Shown: one piece after another, positions 10,601 to 20,141 of the stretch | How the letters are laid out: every line of letters starts with the position of its first letter | How positions within the stretch are numbered: position 1 is the stretch's first letter | From: an uncultured Marinoscillum sp. | GTDB taxonomy: Bacteria; Bacteroidota; Bacteroidia; Cytophagales; MED-G16 | Assembly (NCBI GenBank): GCA_902628365.1 | Contig: CACOMW010000002.1 | Location: 5,298 to 69,297 of the forward strand | Direction of reading: 5' to 3' | DNA: 64,000 nucleotides | Notes under the pieces: generated by a model | What the model saw: only the letters and a program-made list of their open reading frames with translations | What the model was told of the DNA's origin: nothing | Database searches by the model: none | Translations under genes and position numbers: made by a program

Positions 10601-10795
10601 TGCAATTTCAGCATATATTTTTCCGTTGTCGTGATAATAAATATTAAAATTTTCTGATGATAAATATTTCCATTCGAATATTTTAAATTGAATTCTGTTT
10701 TTACCATATTCATTATATATTGAAGATTGGGATATGACTTCCATATGAATGAAGATAAATAAGAATAAACTTATGGATTTAAAAAATTTAGACAT
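7649..10795 (-). CDS. Large outer-membrane protein: N-terminal domain, TolB/PD40-like beta-propeller region and Omp85/surface-antigen-like C-terminal barrel
   Basis: Signal peptide. The middle region is repetitive and propeller-like. The C-terminal ~350 aa is beta-barrel-like, with alternating amphipathic strands and a terminal aromatic residue (SIGYSF). The family was not recognised precisely. Confidence 0.5.
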   Translation of the reverse strand: MSKFFKSISLFLFIFIHMEVISQSSIYNEYGKNRIQFKIFEWKYLSSENFNIYYHDNGKIYAEIAIKELEDNFNFITNFIGHYPNSKTKIFIFNSAADLNQSNLGINEKEVFLTTNVQTNFKLEFTTYFPGTRQDFIKKLKYDFSNSLISDMMNSEKSFTQRFGKSSLVYLPKWFTNGASKYIANGWSQEMDNYMRDYFLISDFKKISKITENQSPIIGQSIWNYVINTYGKSSLSNVLNLSKIIKNTPRSFESTLGISFNLLLKNWQNYYIDNSKDLISQYQLPEKEKQLNHNKEKINSTQTKLSPERNKILYSIMDENKQKVFIKNLITNKVDKIYSTPNNLNDDQIKLNWLNNEKVGIITYDKKSYVLLIYDLLNNTKETKKLENFDNINSFNFNYSSNLLVISGSFNGKTDLYLLSTYKNFIKKITNDKWDDIDPIFIPNQDIILFSSNRKTPFLEDEDFKMNEIKDDNYNIFLYHLDTTKLELKQITKTVSKDTKPFAKNINELYYLSDIKGISNLFKYDLTNESFFQVSNFFSDILNYDIDIENNILIASFINEGGIKNYYYEDFSLNNNVFTLETNRKKFLIKKNLLNKNLSKIDSIDKNDAVIIEDIDYEDVENFIFEDQNNYNNVSSIISNYKKFQKSSSAYTSQDYKYSIIKNNFNSFLFIDPIKGFGNRIETDIIDLFENHKLYSNAFIPFSNLKSPDIFIEYSYLKRRTDFKLGFKRKLIFLENDEDYLYHKYQYNSIYFVSSYPISKFSRIEISPEYKYSQFNDLDYRVLNTTPIPHLTESKFNYIGIKTRIIFDNTKKIAMNLQQGTKLKFGFENYNSLKATQNNFNKFYFDINHYQKIHKEITLASKLYYGNFFGNNPKYFLLGGVKNSLFSKKEENAKYNPLSISSGIDNSNVLFTEFHNLRGYNYNKFQGNQILKFTTELRVPIIKYLFNREVSSSFLQNLQLISFFDIGSSWSGKSPFNTDNSINIWVINDPGSVFDAEVVNSKNPWLSSFGWGIQSLIMDYYVKIDFAKPIEDYKVGKPKLHFSIGYSF

Positions 10796-10804
10796 AACAG
10801 GGCA

Positions 10805-11863
10805 TTAATATAACGAAATATATCTTTTTATGTTTATTTCTCTATTAATGTTTTTATGATTTTGAATATTATCAATTAATACTTTAGTACAATAAGGTGC
10901 TAGACTTATTCCTTTTGATCCTAAACCATTAATTATACCTATTTTATTATTATTTGGATGAAAACCAACAAATGGTCTTCTATTTTTCGTGGCAGGTCTA
11001 ATTCCTGCTTGTTTTTCGATTATTTCATATTTACATTTTAATATATTTTCAATCTTTTTTTTCAAATTTTTAATTCCTTTTTCACTTACTTTATTATTTA
11101 AATTTTCCCAATCATAAGTTGAACCAACAGAATATTCATTGGGTTTTTTAGTTGGAATAATCAATAATGATTTTTGAATTATTTCCTTAATTTCATGATG
11201 TATTTTTATATTAATGTTTTCACCTTTAACTAAATTGAAAGGTAACCATGAAAAAAATTCAGACTCATTTTCATAAAATCCTCTACATAGAATTAAATAC
11301 TTAGTTTTTTTATTAATTATTTCTATATGATCTTTTCTTGATTTAATATTTTTTGATTTTATATTATTTTCTATATATAAACTTTTATTCTGTAAATATT
11401 TTTTGGTTAAAAAAAGAAATTTTTTTACATCCAAATATCCACTTCTATTTGTTGTAACTCCTCCAATACTATCCTTAAGAAATTTATATTTCGATTGATA
11501 ATTCAATTTTTCAATATATTTTTTATATGTTTTAGATTCTCTTTTTAATTCCCAATCATTGGAATCTTTTTTACTTGAAAATGGGCGGTAAATATTTTTT
11601 TTATATAAAAATTTTTTATTTAATTTTTTTTCTATTGAAGTATAAAAATTTTCAGTTTCATTAATAATTTCATTAGAATTCCATGTTTCAACGAATTTTT
11701 TACCTGTTATGGGGTTATATAATCCAAGTGCTGAATTTGATGAGTTTATTTTACTTGAATCGTTAATTACTAAGAATTTAATATTCTTTTCAATAAGTCT
11801 CCAGCTTAAAACTGAACCTGCAATTCCTTGTCCAATAATTATAAAATCATAATTTTTGCCCAC
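10805..11863 (-). CDS. FAD-dependent oxidoreductase (DAO/glycine-oxidase-like superfamily)
   Basis: N-terminal Rossmann dinucleotide motif DFIIIGQGIAGS (GxGxxG) and a C-terminal AGIRPATKNRRPFVG-type segment. 352 aa. Confidence 0.7.
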   Translation of the reverse strand: MGKNYDFIIIGQGIAGSVLSWRLIEKNIKFLVINDSSKINSSNSALGLYNPITGKKFVETWNSNEIINETENFYTSIEKKLNKKFLYKKNIYRPFSSKKDSNDWELKRESKTYKKYIEKLNYQSKYKFLKDSIGGVTTNRSGYLDVKKFLFLTKKYLQNKSLYIENNIKSKNIKSRKDHIEIINKKTKYLILCRGFYENESEFFSWLPFNLVKGENINIKIHHEIKEIIQKSLLIIPTKKPNEYSVGSTYDWENLNNKVSEKGIKNLKKKIENILKCKYEIIEKQAGIRPATKNRRPFVGFHPNNNKIGIINGLGSKGISLAPYCTKVLIDNIQNHKNINREINIKRYISLY

Positions 11864-11915
11864 AATTTATAATTTAAACTTTTTTTAGAAGAAATTTGTA
11901 AAACAATTTAATCTA

Positions 11916-12554
11916 ATGTTAGAAATAAAATCATTTACCTTCAATCCTTATCAGGAAAATACATATTTAATTTTTGATGATTCAAAAGAAGCTGTTGTTA
12001 TTGATCCTGGAAATTATGAAGCTTATGAAAATGAATTAATTTCAAAATTTATAGATGAAAATAAATTACAATTAAAAAAAATTATTTTGACTCATTGTCA
12101 TATAGATCATTGCTTAGGCAATAAGTATTTAAATGAAAAATATGGAGCTGAATTATTAATTCCTTTTGATGAGAGGGATTTATATAAAAATGTAGAAAAT
12201 ATTGCAACTTTATTTGGGTTTGCTAATTATTCGCATTTAGATGAAAATGAATATTTAAAAGAAAAGGATAAAATAGAGTTTGGGGATATTAAACTTGATG
12301 TCTTATTCTTACCTGGTCATAGTCCTGGTCATTTAGCTTTTTATTTTAAAAACGACAATGTATGTTTTAGTGGTGATGTTCTTTTTTACAATAGTATAGG
12401 AAGAACAGATTTACCAGGTGGTGATCATGACACTTTAATTAATAGTATTAAAAATAAGCTATTTTTACTTAATCCAAATACTATAATTTATCCTGGTCAT
12501 GGACAAAAAACAACTCTAAAAAATGAAATGAAAGATAATCCCTTTTTAATATGA
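11916..12554 (+). CDS. MBL-fold metallo-hydrolase (glyoxalase II-like)
   Basis: HxHxDH motif (THCHIDH), downstream PGHSPGH, and GRTDLPGGD. 212 aa. Confidence 0.85.
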   Translation: MLEIKSFTFNPYQENTYLIFDDSKEAVVIDPGNYEAYENELISKFIDENKLQLKKIILTHCHIDHCLGNKYLNEKYGAELLIPFDERDLYKNVENIATLFGFANYSHLDENEYLKEKDKIEFGDIKLDVLFLPGHSPGHLAFYFKNDNVCFSGDVLFYNSIGRTDLPGGDHDTLINSIKNKLFLLNPNTIIYPGHGQKTTLKNEMKDNPFLI

Positions 12555-13234
12555 AAATTATTTTTCCTAGTTTTTTTACAGTCCTTAATTTACTATCTGG
12601 ATTTTTAGGTGTCTTGTTTCTTATTAACAAAAATTATAATCTAATTCAGTATTGTATTTATTCTTCTCTTATTTTTGATTTTTTGGATGGGTTTATAGCA
12701 AGAAAATTAAATGCAACATCTAATTTTGGTAAACAACTTGATTCTTTTGCTGATTTAATATCTTTTGGTCTTTTGCCAAGTTTAATTTTGTATGATTGGT
12801 TTTTAACTAATTCTTCAACTGATATTTATAAATACTTCTCGGTTCTTATTTTATTGTTTTCTTCTTTTAGGCTATCAAAGTTCAACTTAGATAATAATCA
12901 AGAATTTATATTTTTGGGTATTCCTACACCATTAGTTGCTTTATTTTTTAATTCTTTAATTTTTAATTCTGGTTTTTATAATAATTTTCTTACATCTGAA
13001 ATATTACTTTTATTTATTACATTTTTTTCAATAATGATGATAGTCAATATTAAGTTTATTTCTTTAAAATTTAAAGACTACTCCTTTTTTAAAAATATTC
13101 ATATGTATATCTTATTACTAATCTCTTTATTTTTATTATTATATCTCAAATTAGATGCTTTCCCAATAATTGTGATTATTTACATTTTAATTTCATTAGT
13201 TTATTTTTTATTTGTTAAGAATGAAATGAATTAA
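12551..13234 (+). CDS. pssA: CDP-alcohol phosphatidyltransferase, probable phosphatidylserine synthase
   Basis: Exact CDP-alcohol phosphatidyltransferase motif DGx2ARx8Gx3Dx3D in DFLDGFIARKLNATSNFGKQLDSFAD. Polytopic membrane protein. 4-nt ATGA overlap with the upstream gene. Confidence 0.8.
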   Translation: MKIIFPSFFTVLNLLSGFLGVLFLINKNYNLIQYCIYSSLIFDFLDGFIARKLNATSNFGKQLDSFADLISFGLLPSLILYDWFLTNSSTDIYKYFSVLILLFSSFRLSKFNLDNNQEFIFLGIPTPLVALFFNSLIFNSGFYNNFLTSEILLLFITFFSIMMIVNIKFISLKFKDYSFFKNIHMYILLLISLFLLLYLKLDAFPIIVIIYILISLVYFLFVKNEMN

Positions 13235-13261
13235 AATAAGCTTTTAATTACAATTTATTCT

Positions 13262-16200
13262 ATGATTTTATGTTATAAAAAGAAAAAATTGTTGACTAGA
13301 TTAAAAATTATATTTTTTATAATATTTTTTATCATTGATATTAAAGATATTTTATCACAGGAATCTATTTTATCTAAAGGTGATTGGATTAGAATTGGAA
13401 TTACTGAAAATGGTGTTTATAAGTTAGATAGGTCTTTTTTTGAATCGTATTCATCAAAAATAGATATTGATAGGATTGTTCCTAGTACTATTCAAATATT
13501 TGGAAGTGGAATTATAGGGCCTTTAACTCAAAATAATGATGCTTTAAGTTTTACTTCACCAGTTGAAATGAAAATTGATTTTGTTGGTAATGAAAATAAT
13601 TATTTTGAAAATAATGAATATATAACTTTTTATGCTAATGGTCCCGATAAAGTTTCATATGATTCTCTACAAAAAAATATATTTTATTTAAATAATGTTT
13701 ATAGTGATACAGCATTTTATTTATTAACATTTAACCAAAAAGAAGGTAAGAGGATTGAATCTAAAGCTTCCCTGGAGAACTATTCTAATGTTATCGATTT
13801 TTCTTCAGAAACATTTATTTATGAAAGTGATATTAATAATATTCTTCAATCAGGTAGAGAGTGGGTAGGTGAGTTATTTTCTAACGGAGATTCAAAAAAC
13901 ATTAATATTCCATCACCCAATCTTTATAATAATGACGTTACCATTATTTTAAGTGCTTTATCTAGATCTACGGATAATTCAAAATTTGAAATTTCTCTTA
14001 ATAATAATAAAGTCGCTGAATTAAATTTGGAGAAAATCAATGAAGATTTATATGGTGAAAAAGTTATTTTCTCATTAGATACATTTGAAATTAAAATTAA
14101 TGATTTAAACAATTTAAATTTATCCATTAGTTATTCAGGAACTTCAAAATCCTTAGCTTATTTAGATTATATAATCCTTAATTATAACAGTAAACTTATC
14201 TTTGATTCTAATCAAAAAGTTTTCAATAATTTAAATGAAGTTGCTTCTGATAAAATACAATTTAATATTCTATCTGATATTCCAAATTTTAAAATTTGGA
14301 ATATAACAGATCCTTATCTAGTGATAAATCAATTGTATGATAATGATATAGGGAAAAGCATTTTTAATATAAACTCAAATAGATTCCAAGAATATATAAT
14401 ATTTGACGAAAACAACTTATTGATTCCTGCATCTCATCAATATGCTTTCTCTACTAATAATCAAACTAGAATTAGAGATATTTTATCAGTCACAAATGTA
14501 GATTTGTTAATTATAACAGATGATTTATTCCTTTTTGATGCAAAAAGATTAGCAAATTTTAGACTGTCTAATGATAGACTAAATACAAAGGTTGTTACAG
14601 TTGATGAAATATATCTTCAATTTTCATCGTCAACTCCTGATATTTCTTCTATTCGTAATTACATAAAATATTTGTATGAAAAATCATCCAAAAAATTAAA
14701 GTATGTTTTATTATTTGGTGATGCTTCCTATGATTATAAAAATAGAATTTTTAATAATACAAATTATGTTCCTACATACCAGTCAAGAAATTCTACAAAT
14801 AATATTTATAGCTATTCATCGGATGATTTTTTTGGTTTTTTAGATGATGATGAAGGTGAATGGACTGAAAATCTTTTGGGAGATCATGATTTAGATGTAG
14901 GTATTGGTAGAATTCCAGTAAATAACAATGTTGATTCTAAATTAGTTATTGATAAATTGATTAGATATAGTTCAAACAATGATTTTGGTAGATGGAAAAA
15001 TGATATATACTTAATTGCTGATGATGGAGATTATAATATACATCAAATTAATGCCGAAAAACATTTTGATTTAGTAGATTCTAATAATCCGCAGTTCAAT
15101 ATAAAAAAAATATTTATTGATTATTATAAACAAGAGTTAGTTGGCGGTGTAAAAAAATCAATCGACGGAAACATAAAGTTAAATGAAGCTATTGAGCAAG
15201 GAAGTTTAATTATAAATTATATTGGACATGGAAATGAATTTTTGTGGGCGGAAGAAAGAATATTAGATGAAAATTCGATAGAAAAATGGAAGAACAGATC
15301 AAAAATACCTCTTTTAGTATCTGCAACTTGTGAATTTGGAAAATTTGATAATCCGTTAATTACTTCTGGTGGTGAATTAATGATAAATAAAGGAGATGGT
15401 GGTTCAATAGCTCTATTTACTACTACGAGACCTGTTTTTTCTCAAACTAATTTTTTATTGAACGACCAGTTTTATAAAAATGTATTTAAGAAACAAAATA
15501 ATAATTTTCTTAGATTAGGTGATATTTTTAGAATCACAAAAAATAATAGTTTAAGTGGTCCTATAAATAGAAATTTTTCTCTTTTAGGGGATCCGTCTTT
15601 AACTTTAAATTATCCAAAATTAGATATTGAGATAAACATTCCAGATAGCCTTTCAATAGATACTTTGCGCGCGCTCGAAAAATATTCTTTTAACGGAGAA
15701 ATAATTAATAACGGAAAGAAAGTTGAAAATTTTAATGGTGAAGTTTTTATTGATTTTTTTGATAAATTGTCTGTGAAGCAAACCCTAGGAGATGAAAGTG
15801 ATCCTTTTTCTTTTAAACAATGGGATAAGTCTATTTTTAGAGGTTCATCAAGTGTTAATAATGGTAATTTTACATTTGAATTTGTAGTTCCAAAAAACAT
15901 AGAATATAATTTTGGTAAAGCAAAAGTTACTATGTACGCAACCGATAGTCTTAATCAAATAGATGCAAATGGATCTAATATTGAATTTAATATAGGAGGT
16001 ACTTCCAAAAATTTTTCTCTAGATAAAACTCCACCTGAAATAAATATTTTTCTTAATGATAGAACATTTAAGTCAGAAGATAATGTGTCTTCAAATGCAT
16101 TGCTTATAATTGACTTGTATGATGAAAATGGTATTAATATTTATAATTCAGATTATTCAAATAATATTGTTGCAACCTTGGATGATAGTATTAATTTTAT

Positions 16201-16684
16201 TTTGAATGATTATTTCATTTCATTTAAAGATGACTTCAAAAGAGGGTCTGTTCGTTATCCTATTGAAAATTTAGATATTGGAAAACATAAACTCGAAATA
16301 AAAGTTTATGATACTTACAATAATATTGGTAATGAATCAGTTCTATTTATGGTTTCAAATGATTTAAAAATCAAAATTAATAATCTTATGAATTATCCTA
16401 ATCCTTTTTCAGAATCAACCTCATTTAGTTTTGAACATGACAGGGAAGAAGAGGACCTTGAGGTTTCTATTGAAATTATTAATTTAAATGGAAAAGTTAT
16501 TTACAAAAAATCTGAAATCATTGAAAATTCAAATAATCTTGTAAATGGGATTATTTGGAATGGAAAAAATTCAAATCAACAAATAGTTTCCGATGGAATA
16601 TATATATATAAATTGCATGTTAAAAGTTTATTTGACGGAGCCTATAATCAATCATATAAAAAAATGATAAAAAGAAAATTATAA
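13262..16684 (+). CDS. porU: PorU, type IX secretion C-terminal signal peptidase (peptidase C25/gingipain-like)
   Basis: 1,140 aa with a signal peptide and a C25-like core. The C-terminal T9SS sorting-domain-like tail runs NYPNPFSESTSFSF...GIYIYKLHV. porV follows immediately after a 1-nt gap. Confidence 0.78.
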   Translation: MILCYKKKKLLTRLKIIFFIIFFIIDIKDILSQESILSKGDWIRIGITENGVYKLDRSFFESYSSKIDIDRIVPSTIQIFGSGIIGPLTQNNDALSFTSPVEMKIDFVGNENNYFENNEYITFYANGPDKVSYDSLQKNIFYLNNVYSDTAFYLLTFNQKEGKRIESKASLENYSNVIDFSSETFIYESDINNILQSGREWVGELFSNGDSKNINIPSPNLYNNDVTIILSALSRSTDNSKFEISLNNNKVAELNLEKINEDLYGEKVIFSLDTFEIKINDLNNLNLSISYSGTSKSLAYLDYIILNYNSKLIFDSNQKVFNNLNEVASDKIQFNILSDIPNFKIWNITDPYLVINQLYDNDIGKSIFNINSNRFQEYIIFDENNLLIPASHQYAFSTNNQTRIRDILSVTNVDLLIITDDLFLFDAKRLANFRLSNDRLNTKVVTVDEIYLQFSSSTPDISSIRNYIKYLYEKSSKKLKYVLLFGDASYDYKNRIFNNTNYVPTYQSRNSTNNIYSYSSDDFFGFLDDDEGEWTENLLGDHDLDVGIGRIPVNNNVDSKLVIDKLIRYSSNNDFGRWKNDIYLIADDGDYNIHQINAEKHFDLVDSNNPQFNIKKIFIDYYKQELVGGVKKSIDGNIKLNEAIEQGSLIINYIGHGNEFLWAEERILDENSIEKWKNRSKIPLLVSATCEFGKFDNPLITSGGELMINKGDGGSIALFTTTRPVFSQTNFLLNDQFYKNVFKKQNNNFLRLGDIFRITKNNSLSGPINRNFSLLGDPSLTLNYPKLDIEINIPDSLSIDTLRALEKYSFNGEIINNGKKVENFNGEVFIDFFDKLSVKQTLGDESDPFSFKQWDKSIFRGSSSVNNGNFTFEFVVPKNIEYNFGKAKVTMYATDSLNQIDANGSNIEFNIGGTSKNFSLDKTPPEINIFLNDRTFKSEDNVSSNALLIIDLYDENGINIYNSDYSNNIVATLDDSINFILNDYFISFKDDFKRGSVRYPIENLDIGKHKLEIKVYDTYNNIGNESVLFMVSNDLKIKINNLMNYPNPFSESTSFSFEHDREEEDLEVSIEIINLNGKVIYKKSEIIENSNNLVNGIIWNGKNSNQQIVSDGIYIYKLHVKSLFDGAYNQSYKKMIKRKL

Positions 16685-16685
16685 G

Positions 16686-17915
16686 ATGAAATTATTTATC
16701 ATAAATTTATTTACAATATTTACTTTTTTTTCCCTAGGGCCATTCCATTTGTTTTCACAGGGTTCTTCTTCCATTTTATCTGGCCAAGATACAGCAAGAA
16801 GACCAATTATTACTGCCGTTCCTTTCCTTTTGATTTCACCAGATTCAAGAAGTTCTGCAATGGGCGAAACTGGTGTTGCTACATCCCCTGATATTAATTC
16901 TGCACATTGGAATAATGCTAAATTATCATTTTTAGAAAAAGATTATGGCTTTTCAGTATCTTATGTGCCTTGGCTTGGGAATATTGTTGATGATATGTCT
17001 ATTTCTTATTTATCAGGATTTTATAAGCTAGATGATATTCAGTCTTTCGGATTAAACTTAAAATATTTTGATTTAGGTGAGATTCAGCTCACTGACAACC
17101 AAGGGCTATCTCTGGGTATTGAAAATCCAAAAGAATTAAGTACTTCAATTACTTATTCTAGAAGACTAACAGAAAATATTGGAATAGGGAGTTCATTTAG
17201 ATATATATGGTCTAATTTATCAGGAAGTATATCTGGATATTCAGATGCAAAATCAGGATCTAGTTTTTCAGTTGATATTGGTTTTTATTATAAAAATGAT
17301 ATAACAATTAATGGAAAGGATGCAACAATTTCTTTTGGATCTCATATTTCAAATATTGGAGGTAAAATTACATATGGAAGTGTCTCAAATCTTGATTTTA
17401 TTCCAATTAATTTTAGAGTTGGTAGCTCATTAAAAACATATTTCGATCAGTACAATTCACTAACATTTGCTTTAGATTTTAACAAATTATTAGTTCCTTC
17501 TCCTCCAATTTATGTAATTGATGAACAAGGTGATTATGTTATTGATCCTATTACAAATAAACCAAAAATCTTAAAAGGAAAAGATCCAACCAGATCAGTA
17601 CTTAGTGGTATCTTTTCTTCTTTTTCTGATGCCCCAAATGGATTTAGAGAGGAGCTAAATGAAATTACTATATCTTCAGGATTAGAGTATTTATATAAAG
17701 ACCTTCTAGCTTTAAGAGTTGGTTATTTTCATGAAAATAATGATAAAGGAGCTAGAAAATTTATCACAATGGGAGCAGGATTGCTATATAATAACTTTTC
17801 TGTTGATTTTTCATATATTTCTACTATCGAACAAAATCATCCTTTAGCAGAAACAATGAGATTTTCAGTTGCATTTTTATTCAATAAATCAGATGAAGAA
17901 ATAAGTGATAATTAA
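16686..17915 (+). CDS. porV: PorV (LptO), type IX secretion outer-membrane shuttle protein
   Basis: 409-aa beta-barrel with a signal peptide. The conserved N-terminal segment is ITAVPFLLISPDSRSSAMGETGVATSPD. It sits in the canonical position directly after porU. Confidence 0.8.
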   Translation: MKLFIINLFTIFTFFSLGPFHLFSQGSSSILSGQDTARRPIITAVPFLLISPDSRSSAMGETGVATSPDINSAHWNNAKLSFLEKDYGFSVSYVPWLGNIVDDMSISYLSGFYKLDDIQSFGLNLKYFDLGEIQLTDNQGLSLGIENPKELSTSITYSRRLTENIGIGSSFRYIWSNLSGSISGYSDAKSGSSFSVDIGFYYKNDITINGKDATISFGSHISNIGGKITYGSVSNLDFIPINFRVGSSLKTYFDQYNSLTFALDFNKLLVPSPPIYVIDEQGDYVIDPITNKPKILKGKDPTRSVLSGIFSSFSDAPNGFREELNEITISSGLEYLYKDLLALRVGYFHENNDKGARKFITMGAGLLYNNFSVDFSYISTIEQNHPLAETMRFSVAFLFNKSDEEISDN

Positions 17916-17917
17916 GA

Positions 17918-18385
17918 TTAATTCTTTTTAACTAATACACCAATAGATTGTATTCCAATTAGATTTTTTTCTCTCATCTTTTGATAAATATGAATCGAGA
18001 AAGATGAGTTTTTTTTTAATGTAAGATTTTCAATTATTTTTTCATCTAAAATGAAAGTTTTACTAATACCAGAACCTAAGGGTTTTCCATTAATTTCATC
18101 AAAAAGAATCATCTCATTTAATTCTTTTTTTACAATAGTATCAATTGAATCTAAAATATTAAAATTATAGTAGAGGTTCTGATAAGGGTATTCAATGTCA
18201 TATTTTATTCTTAAAGAAACATTAGTAATATAATCAAGATCTTTTGTTGAAAAGTTAAAAATAGATGGGGTATTAGAGATCCATCCTCTTTGATCAAAAT
18301 CTTTGAATTTATCAATTAGTTTTTTCTCATTACAAGAAATCATTATAATTAAAAAAATTAGAATCTTAAATAAATTATTTACCAT
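17918..18385 (-). CDS. gldH: GldH-like gliding-motility/T9SS lipoprotein
   Basis: 155-aa lipoprotein (MISC lipobox). Its pattern matches my recollection of the GldH family: W...F.F, then YPYQNLY, then a C-terminal MRxxxLxGIxxIGVLVKK-like segment. No search was run. Confidence 0.6.
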   Translation of the reverse strand: MVNNLFKILIFLIIMISCNEKKLIDKFKDFDQRGWISNTPSIFNFSTKDLDYITNVSLRIKYDIEYPYQNLYYNFNILDSIDTIVKKELNEMILFDEINGKPLGSGISKTFILDEKIIENLTLKKNSSFSIHIYQKMREKNLIGIQSIGVLVKKN

Positions 18386-19680
18386 TATTTATTCTTATTT
18401 ATTAAATCTCTTCCAATATCTTTTCTGTAATATTTACCTTCCCAATCTATCTTTTTTGCTAATTCATATGATATATTCAAAGATTCTGATATTGTATCCC
18501 CAATTCCTGTACATGCTATGACCCTTCCTCCATTCGATATTATATCATTTTCTTCTTTTATAGTCCCTGCGTGAAATATTATAGAATTTTTGATTTCATC
18601 CAGTCCTGATATTTTGAATCCTTTTTGATATTTTTCAGGATATCCTTTAGATGATAATATTACAGTTGATGTTATTTTATTATCTATATTAATTTTAATG
18701 TTTTTTAAATTCATGTCAATACATGAAATTAAAACTTTTAAAAAATCATTTTTTATTCTAGGAATCACAACTTGAGTTTCAGGATCCCCCATTCTTACAT
18801 TGTATTCAATTACAAAAGGATCTCCATTTACATTCATTAGTCCAATAAATAAAAAACCCTTAAATGGTATATTATCTTTTTTTAGTCCCTCAATTGTTCT
18901 TTTAATAATTCTATTTTCAACTTTTTTTTCAAATTCTTCATCATAAAAATTCACAGGAGAAACGGCTCCCATCCCACCCGTATTTAATCCTGTATCATTT
19001 TCTCCAATTCTTTTATAATCTTTAGCTTCAGGTAATGAGATATAGTTTTCTCCATCAGTAATAATAAAACATGAAATTTCAATTCCAGATAAAAATTCTT
19101 CAATAAGCACTTTTTTACTTGCTTCACCAAATTGTTTATTGATTAGCATATTTTTAAATGAATTTTCTGCATTTTCAAGGTTTTTCGAAATTATTACCCC
19201 TTTACCTGCAGCCAATCCATCTGCTTTTAAAACAAATGGTGGTGATGAATTTCTTAAAAATTTAATTCCTTCATCAACTTCATTTAAATTAAATGATTTG
19301 AATTTAGCTGACGGTATATTATGTCTTTTCATAAAGGATTTTGAAAATGATTTGCTTCCTTCTAATTGAGCTCCTAATTTATTCGGTCCAAAAATTTTAA
19401 CATTTTTGAGTTCATATGACTGTTCAAAATAATCAACTATTCCATTAACTAGAGGGTCTTCAGGGCCAACTAAAACCAAATCAATTTTTTTATTTATTAC
19501 TAAATTTTTAATTTCATCGAAATTATTTATGTCAGCATATATATTTTCTCCATAATTACTTGTCCCTCCATTACCAGGTGAAATATATAACTTTTTACAT
19601 AAATGACTTTGTGAAATTTTCCAAGCAAACGTATGTTCTCTTCCTCCTGAACCTAATATTAAGATATTCATAATAATCAA
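18385..19680 (-). CDS. purD: Phosphoribosylamine--glycine ligase
   Basis: ILGSGGREH N-terminus, ATP-grasp core (LVLKADGLAAGKGV, IEEFLSGIE) and NVRMGDPETQ. The true start may be the MNILILG Met at 19671. Confidence 0.95.
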   Translation of the reverse strand: MIIMNILILGSGGREHTFAWKISQSHLCKKLYISPGNGGTSNYGENIYADINNFDEIKNLVINKKIDLVLVGPEDPLVNGIVDYFEQSYELKNVKIFGPNKLGAQLEGSKSFSKSFMKRHNIPSAKFKSFNLNEVDEGIKFLRNSSPPFVLKADGLAAGKGVIISKNLENAENSFKNMLINKQFGEASKKVLIEEFLSGIEISCFIITDGENYISLPEAKDYKRIGENDTGLNTGGMGAVSPVNFYDEEFEKKVENRIIKRTIEGLKKDNIPFKGFLFIGLMNVNGDPFVIEYNVRMGDPETQVVIPRIKNDFLKVLISCIDMNLKNIKINIDNKITSTVILSSKGYPEKYQKGFKISGLDEIKNSIIFHAGTIKEENDIISNGGRVIACTGIGDTISESLNISYELAKKIDWEGKYYRKDIGRDLINKNK

Positions 19681-19736
19681 TTAAGTTAGTAACAATTATT
19701 TTAATAGTTTTATATTATATTAAATATATTTAAATT

Positions 19737-20141
19737 ATGAAATTAGTTGCTATTAGTGGTTATTTCGACCCTATTCATGTTGGACATATTGAATATATTA
19801 AACTTGCAAAAAAACTTGGAGACAAATTAGTAGTAATAGTAAATAATGATTATCAATCCAAATTAAAAAAAGGGAAATCTTTCATGAATGAATCAGATAG
19901 GTTAGAAATAGTTAAATCAATTATTTGGGTAGATGATGCAATTATATCGATTGATAAAGACGGGACTGTTTGTAAGTCAATTGAATTGCTTAAGCCAAAT
20001 ATTTTTGCTAATGGAGGTGATAGAAAGAATAAGGAAATTCCAGAATCAATAATTTGTAATAAGTTCGGAATTAAAATAATTGATGGACTAGGCAAAAAAA
20101 TAAGAAGTAGCTCACACTATACTGGTCTTAAATCAAAATAA
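19737..20141 (+). CDS. Cytidylyltransferase-family nucleotidyltransferase (adenylyl/cytidylyltransferase)
   Basis: GYFDPIHVGHIEY matches the (T/H)xGH nucleotidyltransferase motif. 134 aa. Confidence 0.75.
   Translation: MKLVAISGYFDPIHVGHIEYIKLAKKLGDKLVVIVNNDYQSKLKKGKSFMNESDRLEIVKSIIWVDDAIISIDKDGTVCKSIELLKPNIFANGGDRKNKEIPESIICNKFGIKIIDGLGKKIRSSSHYTGLKSK

Noticed and set aside
13924-20095. Short opposite-strand ORFs inside porU (13924..14127, 15610..15900), across the gldH/purD junction (18303..18521), inside purD (19139..19369) and inside the cytidylyltransferase gene (19853..20095)
   Set aside because: These are typical AT-rich-genome shadow ORFs of 63-96 aa. They are fully embedded in better-supported genes and carry no motifs.
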